Translations under genes and position numbers: made by a program | DNA from: Octopus vulgaris | Taxonomy: Eukaryota | Direction: 5' to 3' | Assembly (NCBI GenBank): GCA_951406725.2 | Contig: OX597836.1 | Span: forward strand, 15,872,001-15,936,000 | DNA length: 64,000 bases | Shown: piece by piece, positions 26,661 to 37,920 of the stretch | Position numbering within the stretch: the stretch's first letter is position 1 | How the letters are laid out: every line of letters starts with the position of its first letter | Notes under the pieces: model-generated | Database searches by the model: none | Seen by the model: only the letters and a program-made list of their open reading frames with translations | Told to the model about the DNA's origin: nothing

Positions 26661-26709
<49 letters not shown>

Positions 26710-27393
26710 TAGGAGCTCACCTAGCTCTGCCTGAGATTTGAAACCAAATCTACACACGTGTTGCTTGTCAAACAACTGTTTGATTCCTTTGTGTTTTATC
26801 TCCATGTTGGGAAATTAATGAGAAACCTCTGACCTCCTATGACCTTTGATGGTCACCGAAGGATCAGTCCTTTGTTTCAGGTTTGACCTACTTCCTGGCC
26901 ATACCCTATATAACCAAGATCATATCTCACTTGTTCTCTTCCGTTGGCAAACCTCCAACTGGGAGCAATTGGCTTCCTACACCGAATAGCATCTGGAAAG
27001 GGACAACATAATCCTTACTCCTTCTTCCTCTCTGTCAGCAGAACACACAGTTTCCACACCATCACTACCTGCAAGCAACCAACACACCATTACAACTGTC
27101 AATTACTACTATGAATATCTTACTAACCACTGCCAGCAAATAAATTTGTGAATATTATTCCTTTCCTTTTCAGTCTCATTACAATGTTTCATCCTGCTTT
27201 TGACTATCTACATATGACCCGGCACAGAACAATTTCTACATCAAGTAACTTTTCATCTGTACAATACAACTGGTACCTCCAATGTGAGAACCTTACTTCG
27301 TACATTACATATGACGACCCTTAACACCTTACCACTACATTTGGTAACTCCGATGTACATACACATCTGTCAGTATACACACACACTCACACG

Positions 27394-27459
<66 letters not shown>

Positions 27460-27461
<2 letters not shown>

Positions 27462-27655
27462 ATTCATAAAAAAACAAAAGACGAAGACAGGTGGTGTAGA
27501 AAACAAACAGATGTATTAGTATAATGCTCAGGAATAGAAAAAAAGTCTTTAACGTTTCGAGCCTACGCTCTTCTACAGGAAGGGACACAGAAAGAAACAA
27601 GGAGAGAAAATAAAGAATGTGTAGTGGCTAGTGATCTATCATGGCGAATGCCAAA
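27460..27655 (-). mobile_element. Dispersed repeat family with GAGCGTAGGCTC hairpin (other copies ~24035-24230 minus, ~57775-57945 plus)
   Basis: Three homologous copies in the window, each adjacent to (TA)n. Confidence 0.7.
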
Positions 27656-28039
27656 TGTACTGATCTGTGATAAAAAATTCAACAAAACAAGTACTTTAAA
27701 TAAATACTATATATATATATATATATATAAAACGGATTTCTCTAAGTTTCTGTCTACCAAATCCATTCATATGGTTTTGGCTGGCATATGGCAATAGTAG
27801 AAGGCACTTGCCAAAGGTGTCATGAGTGGGACTGAACTGAGGACCATGTAGTTGGGAAGCAGACTTCATATCACACAGCCATGTCTGTGCCTACACATAC
27901 ACACACAATGGGCTTCAATGAAAAATGCCACTGGTATGATGGTGAGGTTAATTTACAATCATCACAGGATGTCAAGACAAGGGTACACACAAACACATAT
28001 ACATAAAGAATATGACGGGCTATCATATTAAAATCATAT

Positions 28040-28602
28040 TAAAATATGTACAGTAAATGTTAAGATACACACCATAAAGTAGTGTAGCTTAGTGAATGAA
28101 ATCATGAAATCAGCTGTTGTCTTATTGGTCTTTTGGAGCTCATACTGCATTGTAGTTCCAATATCTACCGTTAGGCATCTTTGTCACCTGTGATTGTTCT
28201 GAATTCAAATTTGTTAAAGTCTGTTTATTGGCTACTTTCTCATTCTCATTCATTTGTGACTTTATTTTTTGCCCCCATGGTTCCTAAGAAAATTCATAGT
28301 GAAAGTGCTAAGCATCATGCTATAATGCAGGAAGATAAACTGGCTATGGTAAAACGCCGTGAAAAAGTGGTAGCAATTGCACGATCTTTTGGGATGAGTC
28401 AGACGACTGTATCAACAACTGTACATAATACGGACAAGATTTTAGCACATATCAAATCTGAAGCCCCAGGTATGAAGAACACTGTTATCCATAGGCTTAG
28501 CCTAGAGACAAGTAAATTTGGCCTGGCCTATCCTAGAGACAAGTTAATTTGACTTAAGTCGTGTCTTCTCAAACCAATTAATGACGGGTGAGGTATACCT
28601 GT
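28040..28602 (+). mobile_element. Tigger/pogo-like relic (CENP-B-type HTH)
   Basis: Encodes MVPKK...KVVAIARSFGMSQTTVSTTVHNTDKI. The end GAGGTATACCTG-TA resembles a Tigger TIR. Confidence 0.7.
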
Positions 28603-28868
28603 ATATATACATATATATATGCTCAAGTTGGTCTGGGGCCATAGTAAAAGACATTTGCTCATGGGACCATACAGTGGGATTGAAACCTGAACAATGTGGT
28701 TGGAAAGCAAATGTTTTACCATACAGCCACTCATATATATAGTGGAGGAAAGTTACGGAAGGAGACCCCAAGAAGACACGCTGAAACTGATAAGTTTTGA
28801 GGCCATAAGCAGCAGATGGGGGGACACACAAAGACACACAAGCATAAATATACATACACATACAAGCG

Positions 28869-28912
<44 letters not shown>

Positions 28913-29321
28913 AGCGTATATAATATATATAGGAGTGGCTGTGTGGTAAGTAGCTTGTTTACCAACCACATGGTTCCAGGTTCAGTCCCACTGCGTTATG
29001 TCCCTGTTACTTAGCGGTTCGGCAAAAGAGACCGATAGAATAAGTACTGGGCTTACAAAAAGAATAAGTCCTGAAGTCGAGTTGCTCGATTAAAAGGCGG
29101 TGCTCCAGCATGGCTGCAGTCAAATGACTGAAAGAAGTAAAAGAGAGAAAAAGAGAAAAAAGATATATATATATCATCATCATCATCATCATCATCATCG
29201 TTTAGCGTCCGCTTTCCATGCTAGCATGGGTTGGACGGGTCAACTGGGGTCTGTGAAGCTGGAAGGCTTCGTCAGGCTCAGTCAGATCTGGCAGTGTTTC
29301 TACGGCTGGATGCCCTTCCTA

Positions 29322-29364
<43 letters not shown>

Positions 29365-29899
29365 TGCATATACACATACAACCAAATCCATTGCTAAGGG
29401 ATTGGTCAGCCCCAGCTCTAGCAGAAGACACTTCCCCAAAGACATTTGCAATGCAGTGGGACTGAACCTGAAACCATGTGGTTTCAAAGCAAGCTTCTTA
29501 ACCACACGGCCATGTCCACTCCGCACCTATAAAACAGACAATAAAAAAAATAAAAAAATAAAAAACACGAGTTCATTTATTTGTGTTGCTATGGAGATGA
29601 TTGATACATTATCATCATCACAACAGGGTAGAAACTACCAATACACTGTGAGCACTATGTTGCTGTAATTGCCAACATCAACACCACCACCACCAATACT
29701 ACTACCACTACAACTACTACTACTGCTGCTGCTACTACTACTATTATTTCACTACCATCGAAATAATCATTAAAACTTCCCCATCACTACCATCTCTAAT
29801 ACTACTGCTAATACTACTACCAATACTCCTGCCATGACTATCATTATCATTTATACCACCACCACTACCACCACTAGAAATACTACTATGTCCAATCCT

Positions 29900-30630
29900 C
29901 ATCATGACCATCACTGCCAATTCTAACACCATCATGAACAAAAAGCTACGACCAATACTAAGAATATTACTGTGACCAATCACAACATGACCACCACCAC
30001 CAATTTTATCATCATCACTACCTCTATTAATATCATCACCAACAAAGCTACCACCACCACTATGTTCAATCCCAACGTGACCACCACCATCAATACTAAC
30101 ATAATCACTATCTCTTTATTAATATCCCCACCAATACTAAGAATACTACTGTGTCCAATCCTAACATGACCATCACTGCCAAGTCTAACATCATCACTAC
30201 CTCTATTAATATCACCACCAATATTAAGAATACTACTATATCCAATCCTAACATGACCATCAGTACTTCTTTATTAATATTATCACCAACAAAGCTACCA
30301 CCACCATGTTCAATCCCAACGTGACCACCACCACCAATACTAACATCATCACTACCTCTTTATTAATATCACCACCAATACTAAGAATACTACTGTGTCC
30401 AATCCTAACATGACCATCACTGCCAAGTCTAAAATCACCACCAACAAAGCTACCACCACCATGTTCAATCCCAACGTGACCACCACCAATACTAACATCA
30501 CTACCTCTTTATTAATATCACCACCAATACTAAGAATACTACTGTGTCCAATCCTAACATGACCATCACTGCCAAGTCTAACATCATCACTACTTCTTTA
30601 TTAATATCATCACCAACAAAGCTACCACCA
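29900..30630. repeat. Complex ACC/ACT-rich tandem repeat with reshuffled modules
   Basis: Recurring blocks CCAATACTAAGAATACTACTGTGTCCAATCCTAACATGACC and CAACAAAGCTACCACCACC. Confidence 0.85.
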
Positions 30631-31627
30631 CCACCACCACCACCACCATCATCATCACCATCACTGCTGCCATTACCAATTCAGCATCCAATTTTGCAAG
30701 CTGCCAATAGCTAAGCAGGTCTGAATGAAAAGACAATTGGCACCAAACCAAAAGTACACAGTTCCTGGCACTGTGGAGGTGGTCATGGCTTGGACAGACA
30801 GTCCTGATTATTAAAACAAAACAAAACAAAACAACAACAACAATAATGACTTGTTTTATTTGCCAGAAGGGCAGATAAAAAGAAAAAGAAGAAAGTACTA
30901 CGAAATCATTTGTCCTAAATGTTGACCAATAATGAAAGCGCAAACTTCTCTGACAAGATATCGGTATTCTGCATCAGCTGATTGTTCGATAGATTATCTT
31001 TGACAAACCACTGCGTCGTAGATGCTCATTCCGTGTTTATTCATTTTTGCAAACTGACCGGGCGTGGCCGTGCGATAAGAAGTTTGCTTCCCTACCACAA
31101 TGGTTCTGGGTTCAATCCTACAGCATAACACCTTGGGCTTGTGTCTTTTACTGACCAAAGCCCTTGTGAGTGGATCCGTTACACAGAAACAGAAAGAGGC
31201 CTATTCTGGCTTCAAATTTTTACCAGTTTATATATAGATACATACATAATCATCATCATCATTTAGTGTCCGTTTCCCATGCTGGCACGGTTTGGATGGT
31301 TTGACTTGAACAGAGAGCTGCACAAGGCTCCATTGTCTGCTTCGGCAAGGTGTCTACAGCCGGATCCCTTCCTAATGCCAACTAGTTTACAGAGAGTACT
31401 GGGTGCCCTTTGTATGTGGCACCCACACTGACAAGGTCACCAAGTAACTTGCATAACAAAAACTCCTTCAGTTAGGAGGGAGTTGTGGGAGGGGGTGGGG
31501 CCTTTCTACCAGTTTGTATATATAGATACATACATAATCGTCATCATCACCATTTAGTGTCCGTTTCCCATGCTGGCGTGGGTTAGATGGTTTGACTTGA
31601 ACAGGGAGCTGCACAAGGCTCCTTCCT

Positions 31628-31800
31628 CTTCTTGTCTTGAGACAGCATTCACCCGGGGTGGGTTGAGCTGGCTTCATTCATCCTCAATGCTGCATCTCTT
31701 ACAAACGCCGACCAGGCCTGGCGATTTGAGGCTAACGACTGCATGATCGCCAACCACTCATTCCAGCGGCGAATACCGTAGATATGGGGGCCTAGGTTGG
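31628..31800 (-). mobile_element. RTE-like LINE 3' end (different family)
   Basis: Encodes LGPHIYGIRRWNEWLAIMQSLASNRQAWSAFVRDA* followed by a (CAAGA/AAG) tail. Confidence 0.65.
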
Positions 31801-34232
31801 GTTCCAGATCAGCCTTGGCTTGGTTTCTACAGCTGGATGCCCTTCTTAATGCCAACTACTCCAAGAGTGTAGTGGGTACCTTTTACATGTCACTGGCACT
31901 GGGCAAAACTATGATTTCACTTGGCCAACCAAGCACAGCAAATTGTCAAAGGTCTCAATCATTTGTCATTACCTCTGCATGACTCAACATCTGAAGACCA
32001 TGCTTCACCACCTCATCCCATGTATTCCTGGGTCTACCCATTCCACAGCTTCCCTCCACAGTTAGAGATCAGCACTTCTTTACACAACTGTCCTTGTCCA
32101 TACACATCATGTTGATATGAGCAGAGTCTTCTCTCTTGCATACATCTGATGTCTCTTACGCCAAATTTTTCTCTCAAGATGCCTACACTGTCGTATGTGC
32201 ACACTGACATTACACAGGGTGGTGGGAGATCTGTGCTACTGACTCCTTGCCTTGATATCGCATGTTATATGTAAATGAAAGTAACACTCATGCAAATGGT
32301 GTCTTTTGTTCATCTCCTGTGAAAGCATGTCTGGTCGTGGGAAAAAATATTACCTTGATTGGAAACAGGGTAAGGTTTGTGACAGGAAGAGCATCCGGCA
32401 GCAGAAAATCTTCCTCGACAAAATTTTGTCCATCCTATGCAAACATGGAAGAGATTTTTTTTATCTTTTACTTGTTTCAGTCATTAAACTGCGCCCATAC
32501 TGGGGCACTGCCTGGAAAAACTTCAGTCGAATGAATCGACCCCAGCACTTTTTTTAACCTGGCACTTATTCTATTGGTACCTTTTTTTTTTGCTGAACAG
32601 CTATGCTAGAGGGATATAAACACACGAATGCCATTGTCAAATGGTGGTGGGAGACAAACACAGACACAAAGACACACACGACAGGCTTCTTTCAGTTTCC
32701 ATCTACCAAATCCACTCACAAGGCTTTGGTCAACCCAAAGCTATAGTAGAAAACATTTGCCTAAGGTCCCATGCAGTGGGGACTGAACCTGGAACCATGT
32801 GGTTGGCACAAACACACACAAATATACATATATCTAACAGGCTTCTTTCAGTTTCTGTCTACGAAATCCACTCACTGGGCTTTGGTTGGCCTGAGGCAAT
32901 TGTAGAAGACACTTGCTTAAGGTTCCACAAATGGAACTGAACCCAGAACCATGTTCTTGGGAAGCAAACTTCTTACGAGACATATATAGAGAATCCTAGG
33001 CCCTCCACACACACACACACATCCAAGAGTAGACTGTGTACCTTTTATGTAGCACCAGTACCCCATATTACCACTCATAACTTTTTTATTTCATGGGATT
33101 CTCAGAAAATTTGTGTTCCAGACACGGGAATTCACATGATTATGCAAAAACCACAAAAAGAAATATTTTCTATGGTTTAAGGGTTATTTAGCTGTTATTT
33201 TTAGCGCATCTCACGACCACCTGATATCCTCCTCGTTTGTTTGTCAGTTTGATGTATTGATGTTTTTCAATATCTTTCTCCCCATAAACACACTTAATGG
33301 TCTGTTGCTGGGATTTAACAAAAAAATTCGGACTGTCCGTATACTGAACTTTGATTTTTTTAAAAATTCGAAAAATTAAAAAACACATTTTTTTTTTTTA
33401 AATATCGAAAAAATAAATTTTTTTTTCATAGTCGTATCAATTCCCGTGTGTAGAATAACAAATTCGCAAAAAATTTCTGAAAATTTCAAACAAAAAAAAA
33501 ATTGAGGGTTATATGGGATGCTTAAACGAGAATTCTGCCTAAAATTTTTTACACATTGCTGTACGTATAAAAATAAAATCGATAATTTAGGTGTAACTAA
33601 CAACAGATTGGTGCCCCGCCCACGGTTTTCTTATAACTTTTTTTTTTTTTTAATGACATTTTGCAGAGATCGTTTTCGGCGGTATGCATTGCGATTATAT
33701 TAATATCATTAACTGTTGGGCGAGAGAAAGATTTTTGGCAACGTTTCATAGCCGGATTTTCAGATCATCCCAACCACTCACGACTTTACTTTACTTTCTT
33801 TAAAGTTCATAATTTTTAATGGTGCATTACAAAAACACATTTCCTGGAGAGTAGATTACGTAATTTTGAAGTTTCAAACATAGACAGCAGGAGAAAATTG
33901 AAAAATACGAAAGTTAGGCAAACTGAGGATAAGAAAATCGTTAAAACAAAACTTAAGAAAAAAATTTTTTGAGAAATTTTATCAAGATCATAATCTTTAC
34001 CCTCGAAAATATATTTCTGCAAAATTACATAAATATACAGTCTACAGATAATTATGTGGAAACAAAGTTGATGGGGGCTCTAAACTGTAGTTATGCCATA
34101 TTTTTTTCCTATTTTATATGCTTTCAACGCTATTACGAATATGAGATTGCCACTTATGTCTGGACGAGATAGGACGGGCCCGTGGCTAAACAACTACAAC
34201 ATTCCTGTATTCCTTAATTATTATCGTATATA

Positions 34233-34486
34233 GCAGGGACCCCAATCACCGATTCGTGGATCAATTTGTATCCGGGCACACAGAAAGAATAAATTTTAGA
34301 ATCTTATTTCTGTCTCATTGACTATTGCAGTCTGCAGGTGTTTTTGGCATTTACGTAATAGTTAAATTACACATTATGCATTTCATTGTTTTGCTATGCG
34401 CGTGACCCTCCCCTCGGGTACGTGGAAAAATTGTCTTGCGTCATAATCCCGGTCTATGGTGCAAAAAAAGGGTTAGGGGCCGCTGG
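34233..34486. mobile_element. hAT/Charlie-like MITE
   Basis: Ends CAGGGACCCCAA... / ...GGTTAGGGGCCGCTG resemble Charlie-type termini; diverged. Confidence 0.45.
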
Positions 34487-34792
34487 TAAATGGTTTATAA
34501 ACCCTCTAAAAAAAAAAAACAACATAGAAAATAAGTCAGCTGATTAATTTACACGTGAACTGCGGAAATCGAAAACTAATCTGATTTTTTAATATATTTT
34601 CCTAATTCGTCAGCAATTTTAAAATTGTACATGGATTTATAAGTTCACGGAAGGTGTGTAATACATTCAATGAAATGTTTGTAGCATTTCCACAGCTAAA
34701 ATCTAAGACTCGTTGTTGTTACATAAAAGACACGTTGCTGTTACATAAAAACCGAATACAATTCCAAACAAGATATAAACAACAACACTTAC

Positions 34793-34935
34793 CTATAAAT
34801 AAATATATATATACAGCGATATGGAAATATAAAACGAGTGTATAAGAATATAAAACGGTTGTTTATAAACAGAATAAAGCGGTTTGCTTTCTGTCTAACG
34901 TTGGCGCAACGTAGACGTTCCCGCCATATTTTTAA
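34793..34935 (-). promoter_or_regulatory. Candidate RTEL1 promoter and non-coding first exon
   Basis: Unique CpG-containing island with a YY1-type CCGCCATATT (34921-34930) and E2F-like TTCCCGCC and TTGGCGC. A perfect minus-strand donor ATAG|GTAAGT lies at 34793/34792. The ATG exon has an acceptor, so an upstream exon is required. Confidence 0.55.
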
Positions 34936-35749
34936 ACCTGTTCCCCAGGAAATGAATGAAACGTAAGAACTAAAAGAAAAAAATAATAATCAAATGGGTT
35001 TAGATTAATTTTCATTAAAACACGATGCCTCATTAAAGGCATTTTAATTTAAAAAGAAAAATAACAATTTTTTTTTCCATCATGAATTATTTTAAATATA
35101 ACTTTTTCCTTATTTTTTTCTCTTTCCCTTTAGAAACTTTTAGAGATGGGGCGGTGTACATACATTTTTTGTCAACCGATATAAATTATTCCGAGAAAAA
35201 AATCCATTCAATTTAGTGATTTTTTTTTATAGGAATGGATGATTATTATTATTATTATCGTTAACACGCTTTTATTAAAATGCTTGACGGTTATTTCGTC
35301 TAGTTTTTACGTTCTGAGTTCAAATTCCACCTCGGTCAACTTTGCCTTTCATCCTTTCGGGGTCGATAAATTAAGTACCAGTTACGCACTGGGGTCGATA
35401 TAATCGACTTAATACCTATGTCTGTCCTTGTTTGTCCCCTCTATGTTTAGCCCTTTGTGGGTAATAAAGAAATAGGGATTTCGTCAGCCGTTACGTTCTG
35501 AGTTCAAATTCCACCTCGGTCGACTTTGCCTTTCATCCTTTCGGGGTCGATAAATTAAGTACCTGTTATGCACTGGAGTCGATGTAATCGACTTAACTCT
35601 TTGTCTGTCCTTGTTGCCCCCCTCTATGTTTAGCCCCTTGTGGGCAATAAAGAAATGAGAAACTCTGTCAGACCAGACTGGAGCCTGGTGCAGCCCCTGG
35701 CTATCCAGACCTCATTCAAACCATCCAAGCATGGAGAACGAACGTTAAT

Positions 35750-35950
35750 CGATGTGATCGATTATACCCCTCCCCCAAATGTGATCGATTATACCCCCCC
35801 TCCCCCAAATGTGATCGCTTATACCCCCCCCAAATGTGATCGATTATACCCCTCCCCCAAATGTGATCGATTATACCCCTCCCCCAAATGTGATCGATTA
35901 TACCCCCCCCCCCCCAAATGTGATCGATTATACCCCCCCTCCCCCAAATG
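35750..35950. repeat. ~27-30 bp minisatellite (GATCGATTATACCCC..CCCCAAATGT) x~7
   Basis: Visible tandem units with variable C-run length. Confidence 0.9.
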
Positions 35951-36217
35951 TTCAGGCCTTGTGCTTTTAGTAGAAAAGATTATTATTATTATTGAAATAT
36001 TAATATTCCTAAATCTCTCCAAAGGAGACTAAGGCAGCAGTGCTGGATATTAATAGTTATCGACAAGCTAACATGGCAGTCCAGATAAATAGGACGAATG
36101 CTGCCGTTGATTAGCTCCAAGTGGTCATCGCCTGTAGCTTACTATGTGACACACAAACTTGTATCCATTACAAACTTTGTACAGGGGAGGTCAGCAGCTT
36201 CCCCTGCTGGTTCAACA

Positions 36218-36260
36218 TCCACAGACTAGTTTCGGGGTAATTGCCCCTTCTCAATGTGGA
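36218..36260 (-). ncRNA. Minimal type I hammerhead ribozyme motif (U3-A8 core variant)
   Basis: Minus strand reads UCCACA-UUGAGAA-GGGG caauua CCCC-GAAA-CUAG-UC-UGUGGA. It has a perfect 6-bp stem I, a 4-bp GC stem II, palindromic stem III (ACUAGU) and a GUC cleavage triplet. Confidence 0.75.
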
Positions 36261-36318
36261 GTAGCCAAACCCAGTAGGCATCGCTGCTGACTGTCTGTCT
36301 GAAGGTTTATTTACAAAT

Positions 36319-36487
36319 ATGGATTTTCAACAGACAGGATATCCTAATATAAGTTTTTGCAAATATTTTATCAAAGTTTAGTTTATTTCTTCTACAATAG
36401 TGGCAGCATGGAATTCTTTCATTCTCTAGCTCTGATGAAATATTTGCAAAAAATTATATTAAGTTATCCTGTCTGTTGAAAATCCAT
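36319..36487. repeat. Imperfect inverted repeat (~55 bp arms) between two hammerhead-like motifs
   Basis: ATGGATTTTCAACAGACAGGATA (36319-36341) pairs with TATCCTGTCTGTTGAAAATCCAT (36465-36487), and pairing continues inward. Confidence 0.75.
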
Positions 36488-37371
36488 CTTTTTGCAACTG
36501 AAGATGGTGCTATATTTTAAATTGATATAATGGTTGCATTGTTCGATTAAATGGAGATGCCTGAAACAGCCATATTGCATTAATACCTTGACATCCTTGT
36601 TACATATTTGATATATAATTATATATATACATATACACTCACGGAGTGGTTGGCGTTAGGAAGGGCATCCAACCGTAGAAACATTGCCAGATCAGACAGG
36701 GCCTGGTGCAGCCTTCTGGCTTCCCAGACCCCAGTTTGAACCGTCCAACCCATGCTAGCATGGAAAGCGGACGCTAAACAATGATGATGATGATGATTAC
36801 ACATACATATATATGTACACACATATACACCACAGGCTTCTTTCAATTTCTGTTTACCAGGTTCCAATTCACCTACAAGACATTGTTAGCCTAAAGCTGT
36901 AGAATATGACACTTGTGCAAGGTGCTGCACAGTGGGACTGGAGCTGAAATCACATGATTACAAAGTGATCTTTTTAACAACACGTCCATACCAAGGCTTT
37001 AATTAGTTGTTTAGTCTGACCCTATAAACACTATTTATCTAGATTCACTCCTACAACATTGTAACTGGTCAAATATAGAATATTTATTCTTCATTTTTCT
37101 TCATTTCCTTGTTTTTGTTTTTGTTTTGTTTTTGTTTTATGGGGTTTTTTTTTACCACCTTATTCAAAGTTGTCTTCAGTTCTTGGTTAGCACCTCAAAA
37201 AAAAAAAAAAATGACATGTCCGCTAATGAACCTACATGACATTTTCAGCAAAGAATTCTTTGTAGATAAGTTTGGCATTTAAATCTGTCCAAGATGCATA
37301 TGTTGCCAGTTCTGACATTTGCTTTATGATGATTAAACCATTCCTCATATTTCTGATTCACAGTGAACTCA

Positions 37372-37430
<59 letters not shown>

Positions 37431-37759
37431 GGTGAGCTTGAAGAATTGTTAGCATGCCATACAAAATGCTTACTTGCAATTTTTTCATCCTTACATTGAG
37501 TTCAAATTTCAACGAGGTCGACTTTGCCTTTCAACCTTTCGGGATCCTTAAATTAAGTACCTGTTGAATACTGGAATTGATGTAATTGACTAGAATTGCT
37601 GACCTTGTGCCAATATTTGAAACCCTTATAATTTTTATTTTTATAAAAATTATTATTGAGTGAGAGAGATCAGTGCATGCCATCAAAGTGACACTGGGGT
37701 AAAATATACGAAGCCCAGTATACCCATCATGACTACCTGTTTGATAAGGGTACACCAGG

Positions 37760-37920
37760 CTTCAACAGGTGCTCTTCTTTCTTCCAGCAGGGGATAATTT
37801 TCTCAGTTGGCGGTGCTCCAAAATGCTTCTCTGCAGCCCTGTTGCCATGCTGTTTGGCATATTCAATCACTTGTAGCTTGTAACTGATTGTGTAAGAGTA
37901 TATTCAGCTTGAGGTTGCAT
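37760..37920 (-). mobile_element. Pogo-like transposase N-terminal fragment (Brinker-type DNA-binding domain)
   Basis: Minus strand reads YSYTISYKLQVIEYAKQHGNRAAEKHFG...WKKEEHLLK, frameshifted relative to the ATG. Confidence 0.7.

Larger units (their letters stand above)
26228..26662. repeat. ~435 bp near-perfect palindrome (arms ~216/218 bp, 1-nt centre at 26444)
   Basis: The arms are reverse complements. By eye I find only about two substitutions and two single-base indels. (TA)n tracts lie on both sides. Confidence 0.92.

Noticed and set aside
35750-35950. Regularly spaced repeats (CRISPR-like?)
   Set aside because: No unique spacers, eukaryotic context and no cas genes; it is a minisatellite.
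36063-36150. Hairpin-rich segment considered as an HDV-like ribozyme
   Set aside because: I could not assemble the nested double pseudoknot by eye; it would need a descriptor search.
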